DNA of 40,312 nt, from NCBI GenBank assembly GCA_002269645.1, contig NIVC01000647.1, positions 495,322-535,633 of the forward strand, read 5' to 3'. Shown piece by piece: positions 9,785-20,952 of the stretch (position 1 is its first letter; each line of letters begins with the position of its first letter). The notes beneath the pieces were generated by a model, which was given only the letters and a program-made list of their open reading frames with translations, had not been told where the DNA came from and made no database searches. The position numbers and the translations under genes were made by a program. The DNA is from Macrostomum lignano (lineage: Eukaryota).

Positions 9785-10699
9785 ACTGAGAGAATCTCAC
9801 CCCACAAAATCATCATCATGACTGAGAGAATCTCACCCCACAAAATCATCATCATGACTGAGAGAATCTCACCCCACAAAATCATCATGACTGAGAGAAT
9901 CTCACCCCACAAAATCATCATCATGACTGAGAATCTCACCCCACAAAATCATCATCATGACTGAGAGAATCTCACCCCACAAAATTATCATCATGACTGA
10001 GAGAATCTCACCCCACAAAATCATCATCATGACTGAGAGAATCTCACCCCACAAAATCATCATCATGACTGAGAGAATCTCACCCCACAAAATCATCATC
10101 ATGACTGAGAGAATCTCACCCCACAAAATCTTCATGACTGAGAGAATCTCACCCCACAAAATCTTCATGACTGAGAGAATCTCACCCCACAAAATCATCA
10201 TCATGACTGAGAGAATCTCACCCCACAAAATCATCATCATGACTGAGAGAATCTCACCCAGAATCTCAGCCACAAAATCATCATCATGACTGAGAGAATC
10301 TCACCCCACAAAACCATCATCATGACTGAGAGAATCTCACCCCACAAAATCATCATCATGACTGAGAGAATCTCACCCCACAAAACCATCATCATGACTG
10401 AGAGAATCTCACCCCACAAAATCATCATCATGACTGAGAGAATCTCACCCCACAAAATCATCATGACTGAGAGAATCTCACCCCACAAAATCATCATCAT
10501 GACTGAGAGAATCTCACCCCACAAAATCATCGTCATGACTGAGAGAATCTCACCCCACAAAATCATCATCATGACTGAGAGAATCTCACACCACAAAATC
10601 ATCATCATGACTGAGAGAATCTCACCCCACAAAATTATCATCATGACTGAGAGAATCTCACCCCACAAAATCATCATGACTGAGAGAATCTCACCCCAC
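9785..10699. repeat. Minisatellite, 36-bp unit (33-bp variants) GACTGAGAGAATCTCACCCCACAAAATCATCATCAT, about 26 copies
   Basis: Read directly; length variants differ by one ATC/CAT triplet. Confidence 0.96.
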
Positions 10700-11262
10700 C
10701 GAGTATATTTAAAACAGAGAATCTCACACGGATACAACCAATCAAGAATCTCACTTATAACCAATGTGCATAGCTTCCTTAATTCCACATGACAGTATGC
10801 ATCTAAAAACTGGTGTCATTAAAAATTAGCGACTTGGGGCTGGCAGGCAGGCAGACAGTCACACAGAAAATTGGGATTTTTAAACAGATCATACAAAATT
10901 TCCTCTGTTTAAAACTCTTCCCTGGTTTAAAGCGTTTGTAGTTAGTTTATTGCGACTAGGTGAGCATTACACTGTAGGATGGGTCTAATATTGGCGGATC
11001 AATCCACCTCCCTACCTACCTGTATAGCATGGGGAAAGTATAGGGCTCTGTCGACAATTGCCCTCTGCAGTCAGAGGGATGGGAGCGCGTGGACTGTAAT
11101 GATTATATGGCACTATGGCTCCCGGCATATGTTATAGGCTTTGCTCTGGTATCCCCATCTCACTCTCCGGCCTCTGACTCTATTGTAATACTGCAGTGTC
11201 ACTGCCATGGATTTTGCCTTTCGCAATCTGGACAAGGGAACTCTCTGCTTTGGGTGTGTACT

Positions 11263-11972
11263 AAAGACAGCATCCCCAAAGACAGCATCCCCAAAGACAG
11301 CATCCCCAAAGCCAAAGACTGCATCCCCAAAGACAGCATCCCCAAAGACAGCATCCCCAAAGACAGCATCCCCAAAGATAGCATCCCCAAAGATAGCATC
11401 CCCAAAGACAGCATCCCCAAAGATAGCATCCCCAAAGACAGCATCCCCAAAGACAGCATTGCCAAAGACAGAATCCCCAAAGACAGAATCCCTAAAAACA
11501 GCACCCCTAAAGACAGAATCCCCAAAGACAGAATCCCCAAAGACAGAATCTCCAAAGACAGCATCCCCAAAAACAGCATCCCTAAAGACACCATCCCCAA
11601 AGACAGCATCCTCAAAGACAGAATCCCCAAAAACAGCATCCCTAAAGACAGAATCCCCAAAGACAGAATCCCCAAAGACAGCATACCCAAAGACAGAATC
11701 CCCAAAGACAGCATCCTCAAAGACAGCATCCCCAAAGATAGCATCCCCAAAGACAGCATCCCCAAAGACAGCATTGCCAAAGACAGAATCCCCAAAGACA
11801 GAATCCCTAAAAACAGCATCCCCAAAGACAGAATCCCCAAAGACAGAATCCCCAAAGACAGAATCCCCAAAGACAGCATACCCAAAGACAGAATCCCCAA
11901 AGACAGCATACCCAAAGACAGCATACCCAAAGACAGAATCCCCAAAGACAGCATCCTCAAAGACAGCATCCC
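11263..11972 (+). repeat. Minisatellite, 15-bp unit CCCCAAAGACAG(C/A)AT, about 47 copies (left arm of an inverted pair)
   Basis: Read directly. Confidence 0.96.
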
Positions 11973-12523
11973 AGTGACCGCAGGTCGCCAAGAAGGGTCA
12001 GGTGACCCGAGAAAAATCGCGGATCTGAACTCAGGATTGCAATCAAAGTCCAGGTCTAGAAGCTGTGTGTGTGCTTCTCAACCAATATTGCATCAGGGAT
12101 TGAACTCATATCTGGAACTGCATTCCTGAGATCTAGTCTAGATCTCAGTCTAGATCTAGTACTCCATGACAAATGTACATATGTAAAAAACTAAAGTGAA
12201 ATTATTTTAGTATTTAGCTGCGCACAACGCTGCAATAAATTTGGGGTGAGGATGTTGTCAGTGTGCGATAAGAAAAATTAACAATGTCCCGCATAGTGGC
12301 AATTATTGCATAATTAATTGTGCAATATCCCTGCTTTCCTGGCCCCGTCTGTCTGCAGCTGCATGTTGCTAGGCCTTTGCAAAATCCCCTATGCTGCGGG
12401 ATTGATGGGGTGCCGACATATTTATGCATGAGCGCATTTGGGGAGTGCTGGACACTTTGGGTCTGGAGTGGCCTGTTGAGTGCCTTTTGCGCTGTCTTTT
12501 GGGTCCATTTGGGATTATGCCAA

Positions 12524-13029
12524 GGGGTGCTGTCTTTGGGGATGCTCTCTTTGGGGATTCTGTCTTTGGGGATGCTGTCTTTGGGGATGCTGTCTTTGGG
12601 GATGTTGTCTTTGGGGATGCTGTCTTTGGGGATTCTGTCTGGGGATGCTGTCTTTGCTGATGCTGTCTTTGGGGATGCTGTCTTTGGGGATTCTGTCTTT
12701 GTCTTTGGCAATGCTGTCTTTGCTGATGCTGTCTTTGGGTATGCTGTCTTTGGCAATGCTGTCTTTGGGGATTCTGTCTTTGTCTTTGGCAATGCTGTCT
12801 TTGCTGATGCTGTCTTTGGGTATGCTGTCTTTGGCAATGCTGTCTTTGGGGATTCTGTCTTTGGGTATGCTGTCTTTGGGGATTCTGTCTTTGGGGATTC
12901 TGTCTTTGGGGATTCTGTCTTTGGGGATGCTGTCTTTGGGGATGCTGTCTTTGGGGATTCTGTCTTTGGGTATGCTGTCTTTGTCTTTGGGGATGCTGTC
13001 TTTGGGGATTCTGTCTTTGGGGATGCTGT
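12524..13029 (-). repeat. Same 15-bp unit in inverted orientation (ATGCTGTCTTTGGGG), about 33 copies (right arm)
   Basis: Reverse complement of the 11263-11972 unit, including the same variant units. Confidence 0.96.
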
Positions 13030-13678
13030 AAGTGTGTCCTTGAGCATGGGCTTGTAAATGCATTTTAACAAAAAAACCAGCGCATGGTTAATTTATTCCT
13101 TCAACTTTTCAACAGTTATATGCTCAGGTCCCCCGCGGGAGCCAGCAAAGCTGTAATGGGGGTGTTGCTGTCTCTGCCAGACAGACAGGCTGCGTTTCAG
13201 AGAGAAACGTTGAGCCGATATAATTGGCGAGAAGAGTGAGATGAGTTGGTGAAAGTTTATCAGATCATCAGGGCAGGTTTAACAAAATGATGAGTTAGTC
13301 ATAATTGAGTCTAACTCGTGTTTCAAGCCCAGTTCAACAAGTTGTCAATCTTGTGCAACTCTGCAGCTCTACAAGCCTCTAAAAGCAATTATCAGATCTG
13401 TCACCTGGCTTTTGAATCCTGCACTGCATCTCCTGTTAGAGGTTGTTCTGCATTTTCTAAATTGATTTTCAACCTCAACAATATCTAATCGAAAAATCTG
13501 CAAATTTAAAACTGAGATACGATAGCTGTCGGTGTACCTGCATAGCCTGAATGGTTTATGGCTTAGGCTGCAATTATCGCATATACTTGATGAGGAGTTT
13601 CTCAAAATTCAGGCTCAAACTCTCCAGACTCCTGAGTAAATGGGGGCCGGTGATATGGATGAAATATGCGGTTTTAAT

Positions 13679-13751
13679 GTGACTGCACTTGGAATCGAGC
13701 CTGGGTCGCTGGCACACCAGAGCCTGCGCTAGACCGCTGGGCTACGGCCCC
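13679..13751 (-). mobile_element. tRNA-derived SINE-like head or tRNA pseudogene with internal Pol III A and B boxes
   Basis: Minus strand reads GGGGCCG TAGCCCAGCGG (A box, 13744-13734), 32 nt, GGCTCGATTCC (B box with one mismatch, 13701-13691). Spacing is tRNA-like but the acceptor and T stems pair poorly. Confidence 0.65.
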
Positions 13752-15745
13752 CTCCTCTTCCTATCTACTCTCTCCTCTTCCTACCTACTCTCTCCTCTTC
13801 CTATCTACTCTCTCCTCTCCCTATCTACTCTATCCTCTTCCGATCTACTCTCTCCTCTTCCTATCTACTCTCTCCTCTTCCTATATACTCTCTCCTCTTC
13901 CTATCTACTCTATCCTCTTCCTATCTACTCTATCCTCTCCCATATCTACTCTCTCCTCTTCCTATCTACTCTCTCCTCTCCCTATCTACTCTCTCCTCTC
14001 CCTATCTACTCTCTCCTCTCCCTATCTACTCTCTCCTCTCCCTATCTACTCTCTCCTCTCCCTATCTACTCTTTCCTCTCCCTATCTACTCTCTCCTCTC
14101 CCTATCTACTCTTTCCTCTTCCTATCTACTCTCTCCTCTCCCTATCTACTCTCTCCTCTCCCTATCTACTCTCTCCTCTCCCTATCTACTCTTTCCTCAC
14201 CCTATCTACTCTCTCCTCTCCCTATCTACTCTCTCCTCTCCCTATTTACTCTTTCCTCTCCCTATCTACTCTCTCCTCTTCCTATCTACTCTTTCCTCTC
14301 CCTATCTACTCTCTCCTCTCCCTATCTACTCTCTCCTCTCCCTATCTACTCTCTCCTCTCCCTATCTACTCTTTCCTCTTCCTATCTACTCTTTCCTCTC
14401 CCTATCTACTCTCTCCTCTCCCTATCTACTCTCTCCTCTCCCTATCTACTCTCTCCTCTCCCTATCTACTCTTTCCTCTCCCTATCTACTCTCTCCTCTC
14501 CCTATCTACTCTCTCCTCTCCCTATTTACTCTTTCCTCTCCCTATCTACTCTCTCCTCTTCCTATCTACTCTTTCCTCTCCCTATCTACTCTCTCCTCTC
14601 CCTATCTACTCTCTCCTCTCCCTATCTACTCTCTCCTCTCCCTATCTACTCTTTCCTCTTCCTATCTACTCTTTTCTCTCCCTATCTACTCTCTCCTCTC
14701 CCTATCTACTCTCTCCTCTCCCTATCTACTCTCTCCTCTCCCTATCTACTCTTTCCTCTCCCTATCTACTCTCTCCTCTCCCTATCTACTCTTTCCTCTC
14801 CCTATCTACTCTATCCTCTTCCTATCTACTCTATCCTCTCCCATATCTACTCTCTCCTCTTCCTATCTACTCTCTCCTCTCCCTATCTACTCTCTCCTCT
14901 CCCTATCTACTCTCTCCTCTCCCTATCTACTCTCTCCTCTCCCTATCTACTCTCTCCTCTCCCTATCTACTCTTTCCTCTCCCTATCTACTCTCTCCTCT
15001 CCCTATCTACTCTCTCCTCTTCCTATCTACTCTGTCCTCTTCCTACCTACTCTCTCCTCTTCCTATCTACTCTCTCCTCTCCCTATTTACTCTTTCCTCT
15101 CCCTATCTACTCTCTCCTCTTCCTATCTACTCTTTCCTCTCCCTATCTACTCTCTCCTCTCCCTATCTACTCTCTCCTCTCCCTATCTACTCTCTCCTCT
15201 CCCTATCTACTCTTTCCTCACCCTATCTACTCTTTCCTCTCCCTATCTACTCTCTCCTCTCCCTATCTACTCTCTCCTCTCCCTATCTACTCTCTCCTCT
15301 CCCTATCTACTCTTTCCTCTCCCTATCTACTCTCTCCTCTCCCTATCTACTCTTTCCTCTCCCTATCTACTCTCTCCTCTCCCTATCTACTCTTTCCTCT
15401 CCCTATCTACTCTCTCCTCTCCCTATCTACTCTCTCCTCTCCCTATCTACTCTCTCCTCTCCCTACATGTATCTACTCTCTCCTCTCCCTATCTACTCTC
15501 TCCTCTTCCTATCTACTCTCTCCTCTTCCATCTACTCTTTCCTCTCCCATATCTACTCTCTACTCTTCCCTGTCTACTCTCTCCTCTCCAATATCTACTC
15601 TCTACTCTTCCCTGTCTACTCTCTCCTCTCCAATATCTACTCTCTCCTCTTCCCTGTCTAATCTCTCCTCTCCCATCTACTCTCTCCTCTCCCATCTACT
15701 CTCTCCTCTTCCTATCTACTCTCTCCTCTCCCTGTCTACTCTCTT
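13751..15745. repeat. Pyrimidine-rich minisatellite, 20-bp unit CCTATCTACTCTCTCCTCTC, about 100 copies
   Basis: Read directly; almost no G on the + strand; diverged units at 15520-15745. Confidence 0.97.
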
Positions 15746-16339
15746 CTCTACTTATCTACTCTCTCGTTCCCTATTTACTTTCTCCTCTCTATATAATATT
15801 TCTTCAACGTGCCTATACCCTATAGAAAAAATTCAGTAAAGCTTATACAAACGATAGGATTAAAAAGTGCATTAGTGCGGCAAAAACTCACTGCAAAATT
15901 GCCCGCGGAGTGAAGACTAGACTAAAACTCATCAATATAGTAATTTTAAATGAATATATTGCATGCATTTTGCCGACTATTGTCAGTCGTTAGTTGAAAT
16001 TTTAATATGCTTATTTATTCATACAATTCTGGCTTATATGCTATATTCTACAGACAAGAGTTTCCATAACCTTAGCCCAATGCCTAGTTCGCCTAATGGG
16101 TACAGGTATATACCTATTAGATAAAGTGCGAAAGCTTATATATATCGGCAATAATTTCACTGTTTTATTGTCTGCCACATAAAACTCATTAATGGCGTTT
16201 TGTTTGATGCGTTATAACAAATTGCAGGTTAGAAAAAATAATGCTTGAACTTTGTAGACTTTAATTTTGTTTTTTTTTTCATGCGGAAGACTGCCTACAG
16301 TTGCGGTGCTTTTTCGTGTGTTAGCTTCTACAAAATAGT

Positions 16340-17153
16340 TTTACCTGTTACAAAAGTTTTACCTGTTACAGATTAGGGATGTCACCTGTTACAAATTAGG
16401 CATGTCACCTGTTACAAATTAGGCATGTCACCTGTTACAAATTAGGCATGTCAGCTGTAAAAAATTAGGCATGACACCTGTTACAAATTAGGAATCTCAC
16501 CTGTTACAAATTAGGCATGTCACCTGTTACAAATTAGGAATGTCACCTGTTACAAATTAGGAATGTCACCTGTTACAAATTAGGAATGTCACCTGTTAAA
16601 AATTAGGGATGTCACCTGTTACAAATTAGGAATGTCACCTGTTACAAATTAGGAATGTCACCTGTTACAAATTAGGAATGTCACCTGTTACAAATTAGGA
16701 ATGTCACCTGTTACAAAATAGGGATGGCACCTGTTACAAATTAGGTATATCACCTGTTACAGATTCGGAATTTAACCTGTTACAAATTAGGGATGTCACC
16801 TGTTACAAATTAGGGATGTCACCTGTTACAAATTAGGGATGTCCCCTGTTACAAATTAGGGATGTCACCTGTTACAAATTAGGGATGTCACCTGTTACAA
16901 ATTAGGGATGTCACCTGTTACAAATTAGGCATGTCACCTGTTACAAATTAGGCATGTCACCTGTTACAAATTAGGTATGTCACCTGTTACAAATTAGGAA
17001 TGTCACCTGTTACAAACTAGGGATGTCACCTGTTACAAATTAGGGATGTCACCTGTTACAAATTAGGGATGTCCCCTGTTACAAAGTAAGAATGTTACCT
17101 GTAACAGATTTGGAATGTGAACTGTTAAAAATTAAGGATGTCACCTGTTATAA
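16340..17153. repeat. Minisatellite, 23-bp unit CACCTGTTACAAATTAGG(G/C/A)ATGT, about 35 copies
   Basis: Read directly. Confidence 0.96.
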
Positions 17154-17565
17154 ACGTGTGTAGGTGAACAATATTGGGTTTCAGAACGGTTCACTAACAA
17201 GCTGGACGCAGTCTGACGCAGCCCATAAAGGATTAGTCGATAAGCATCAATGAAAGTAAGGCTAAAAATGTTGGCAAAATTTCTCCACATTAGCTATATG
17301 ATATTATTCAGGCCACATTAATTTTACTCGTCACTAGTATGCATATATTGCGAAACGCTTGGACACACGGGGTCACCTTAATTACTAGGCAGGGAAGTCC
17401 GCACAACAATTGCCATGTCCTTCACCCGTTATGGTGGCTGGAGTGTGGGCGGAGGGGCTTTGTTCTGTGTTCTTCATGGACCTCCTTGCTACTTGAACTG
17501 GAAGCCCTGGGTGGGCAGATAAGCAGCAACTTTTTAACTGGCTCTGTCGTAGTTAGGCATAAATA

Positions 17566-17787
17566 TGGTGCTGGCGCCCCTTGGTGCTGGCGCCCCTTGG
17601 TGCTGGCGCCCCTTGGTGCTGGCGCCCCTTGGTGCTGGCGCCCCTTGGTGCTGGCGCCCCTTGGTGCTGGCGCCCCTTGGTGCTGGCGCCCCTTGGTGCT
17701 GGCGCCCCTTGGTGCTGGCGCCCCTTGGTGCTGGCGCCCCTTGGTGCTGGCGCCCCTTGGTGCTGGCGCCCCTTGGTGCTGGCGCCC
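17566..17787. repeat. Perfect minisatellite, 16-bp unit GGTGCTGGCGCCCCTT, about 14 copies
   Basis: Read directly; no variant units seen. Confidence 0.97.
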
Positions 17788-18560
17788 ATCGAATTAGTGC
17801 GAATTTATTTAAATCGAAACCCGACCAGATACAACCAAAATTAGACATCCTTGGGCAAATATGACCACTAGTTTTCACCAGTCTCATTCAAATGCTTCAA
17901 TTTATATACTGTTTCAATACGGCACGTGGCAGGCGGTTGGGTATTGTGAGTTATAAATATATAAGGAAGATCTCCGCCACTCCTGTGCTCAATTGGGTGA
18001 AGATGGTTAGCACAGACAGACTGCAGGCGCTTACAGAGAAAGTGAAGATTGACGTGACAATTTGCGCAGGGCTATATGCGCATTAAGGGGACCAAACAAT
18101 GTGGCGGACCCTCATGAATTAAAGGCGGTTGCGATGGTGCATTTATAACAAACTGAGCTGCTGGTATACTCGGGGGGTCCCAGGTGCAGTCTTGAGCAAG
18201 GCAAGCCAACCATGCTGGGCCATGCATTATATGCTATGACGCTAGATGAGAATTTTATAAATTTGATAATATAGTTTTGTTCAAATTTATTTGTGCAACA
18301 GAGCATGCTTGTACAAGTTTATATATAAGTGATGCATTGCAAACCATTATATAGAGTTTTGTTGAGTATAACAACACCCTGATATTATGCAATCATTAAT
18401 GACAAACCGTGTTCCTAATACACAGCGGATTATGCTGCTATATGATTATTGCTAATAGAGAGTGGCTTAGTAGTAGAAACCAATATCTATCTGATTTGAT
18501 CTATAATCTGTATTGTATATACAAGACTGTATCGCCCTCGAGATTCAGTCTTGAGAATCA

Positions 18561-20764
18561 ATCTACAGAGTCTAAGTGCTAGAATCTACAGAGTCTAAGT
18601 GCTAGAATCTACAGAGTCTAAGTGCCAGAATCTACAGAGTCTAAGTGCTAGAATCTACAGAGTCTAAGTGCCAGAATCTACAGAGTCTAAGTGCCAGAAT
18701 CTACAGAGTCTAAGTGCCAGAATCTACAGAGTCTAAGTGCCAGAATCTACAGAGTCTAAGTGCCAGAATCTACAGAGTCTAAGTGCCAGAATCTACAGAG
18801 TCTAAGTGCCAGAATCTACAGAGTCTAAGTGCTAGAATCTACAGAGTCTAAGTGCCAGAATCTACAGAGTCTAAGTACCAGAATCTACAGAGTCTAAGTG
18901 CCAGAATCTACAGAGTCTAAGTGCCAGAATCTACAGAGTCTAAGTGCCAGAATCTACAGAGTCTAAGTGCCAGAATCTACAGAGTCTAAGTGCCAGAATC
19001 TACAGAGTCTAAGTGCTAGAATCTACAGAGTCTAAGTGCCAGAATCTACAGAGTCTAAGTGCCAGAATCTACAGAGTCTAAGTGCCAGAATCTACAGAGT
19101 CTAAGTGCCAGAATCTACAGAGTCTAAGTGCTAGAATCTACAGAGTCTAAGTACCAGAATCTACAGAGTCTAAGTGCCAGAATCTACAGAGTCTAAGTGC
19201 CAGAATCTACAGAGTCTAAGTGCCAGAATCTACAGAGTCTAAGTGCCAGAATCTACAGAGTCTAAGTGCTAGAATCTACAGAGTCTAAGTGCCAGAATCT
19301 ACAGAGTCTAAGTGCCAGAATCTACAGAGTCTAAGTGCCAGAATCTACAGAGTCTAAGTGCCAGAATCTATAAATCGAAATGTCAGAATCCATAGTCAGA
19401 GTGCCAGAATCTATAGAATCGAAGTGCCAGAATCTATAGTCAGAGTGCCAGAATCTATAGAATCGGAGTGCCAGAATCTATAGAATCGGAGTGCCAGAAT
19501 CTACAGAGTCTAAGTGCCAGAATCTATAAAATCAGGGGGAGTGTCAGAATCTATAGTCAGAGTGCCAGAATCTATAAAATCGGAGTACCAGAATCTATAG
19601 AATCGGAGTGCCAGAATCTACAGGGTCTAAGTGCCAGAATCTACAGAGCCCGTGTGTCAGAATCTATAGAGTCGGAGTGCCAGAATCTACAGTCGGAGTG
19701 CCAGAATCTACAGTCGGAGTGCCAGAATCTACAGTCGGAGTGCCAGAGTCTACAGTCGGGGTGCCAGAATCTATAGTGAAAGTGCCAAAATCTACATTCG
19801 GAATGCCAGAATCTACAGTCGGAGTGCCAGAATCTACAGTCGGAGTGCCAGAATCTACAGTCGGAGTGCCAGAATCTACAGTCGGAGTGCCAGAATCTAC
19901 AGTCGGAGTGCCAGAATCTACAGTCGGAGTGCCAGAATCTACAGTGAAAGTGTCAGAATCTACAGCCGGAGTGCCAGAATCTACAGTCGGAGTGCCAGAA
20001 TCTACAGTCGGAGTGCCAGAATCTACAGTGAAAGTGCCAGAATCTACAGTCGGAGTGCCAGAATCTACAGTCGGAGTGCCAGAATCTACAGTGAAAGTGC
20101 CAGAATCTACAGTCGGAGTGCCAGAGTCTACAGTCGGGGTGCCAGAATCTACAGTCGGAGTGCCAGAATCTACAGTGAAAGTGCCAGAATCTACAGTCGG
20201 AGTGCCAGAGTCTACAGTCGGGGTGCCAGAATCTATAGTGAAAGTGCCAAAATCTACATTCGGAATGCCAGAATCTACAGTCGGAGTGCCAGAATCTACA
20301 GTCGGAGTGCCAGAATCTACAGTGAAAGTGCCAGAATCTACAGTCGGAGTGCCAGAGTCTACAGTCGGGGTGCCAGAATCTATAGTGAAAGTGCCAGAAT
20401 CTACAGTCGGAGTGCCAGAATCTACAGTCGGAGTGCCAGAATCTACAGTCGGAGTGCCAGAATCTACAGTCGGAGTGCCAGAATCTACAGTCGGAGTGCC
20501 AGAATCTACAGTCGGAGTGCCAGAATCTACAGTCGGAGTGCCAGAATCTACAGTCGGAGTGCCAGAATCTACAGTCGGAGTGCCAGAATCTACAGTCGGA
20601 GTGCCAGAATCTACAGTCGGAGTGCCAGAATCTACAGTCGGAGTGCCAGAATCTACAGTCGGAGTGCCAGAATCTACAGTCGGAGTGCCAGAATCTACAG
20701 TCGGAGTGCCAGAATCTACAGTCGGAGTGCCAGAATCTACAGTCGGAGTGCCAGAATCTACAGT
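18561..20764. repeat. Compound array: 23-bp AGTGCCAGAATCTACAGAGTCTA (18561 to about 19370), mixed transition zone, then 21-bp GAGTGCCAGAATCTACAGTCG (about 19675-20764)
   Basis: Read directly; both units share AGTGCCAGAATCTACAG. Confidence 0.96.
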
Positions 20765-20834
20765 CCGATTCGCAATCCATGCTTCAGTGGGAGTTGTGCG
20801 GGAGGCGCATCTGTTTGTGGGGATTTTAGTCCAG

Positions 20835-20952
20835 CCAATGGGAGAGCAGCTGACGCGGAATCCCATTGGTCGGCGCGGTGGGATAGTTTTCCCAATCTGC
20901 TGTCACCCTTGGATAAGGGGATAATTTTTGTTTGAATTCGCCCCCCTCCCCC
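20835..20952. promoter_or_regulatory. Candidate promoter/enhancer: inverted NF-Y-type CCAAT pair, third CCAAT, TTTGAA and a C-rich box
   Basis: CCAATGGGA (20835-20843) and TCCCATTGG (20861-20869) flank CAGCTGACG; CCAAT at 20892; TTTGAA at 20931; C-rich run at 20941-20952. No linked gene identified. Confidence 0.35.

Larger units (their letters stand above)
11263..13029. mobile_element. Possible non-autonomous foldback-like element (inverted arms made of 15-bp tandem repeats, about 550-bp spacer)
   Basis: Inverted homologous arms; imperfect 9-bp flanking direct repeat GTGTGTACT (11254-11262) / GTGTGTCCT (13032-13040); no transposase ORF seen. Confidence 0.4.

Noticed and set aside
11089-13071. 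KDSIP, TASPK, DAVFG ORFs on both strands (histone-tail or SPKK-like)
   Set aside because: All frames of a stop-free 15-bp unit are open, which points to repeat artefact.
13679-13751. Functional tRNA gene
   Set aside because: Acceptor and T stems pair poorly, the B box has T54C and no clear 7-nt anticodon loop forms; kept as SINE-like or pseudogene.
13689-15839. 716-aa Leu/Ser/Pro ORF
   Set aside because: The G-free 20-bp unit cannot form TAG or TGA and lacks TAA; no domain, TTG start.
17566-17787. Chi-like (GCTGGTGG) core in the GGTGCTGGCGCC arrays
   Set aside because: Only partial similarity, and Chi has no established role in this context.
19468-20924. VGVPEST / VDSGTPT repeat ORFs resembling mucin or surface proteins
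   Set aside because: Simple read-through of a 21-bp array in several frames on both strands; no signal peptide or splice context.
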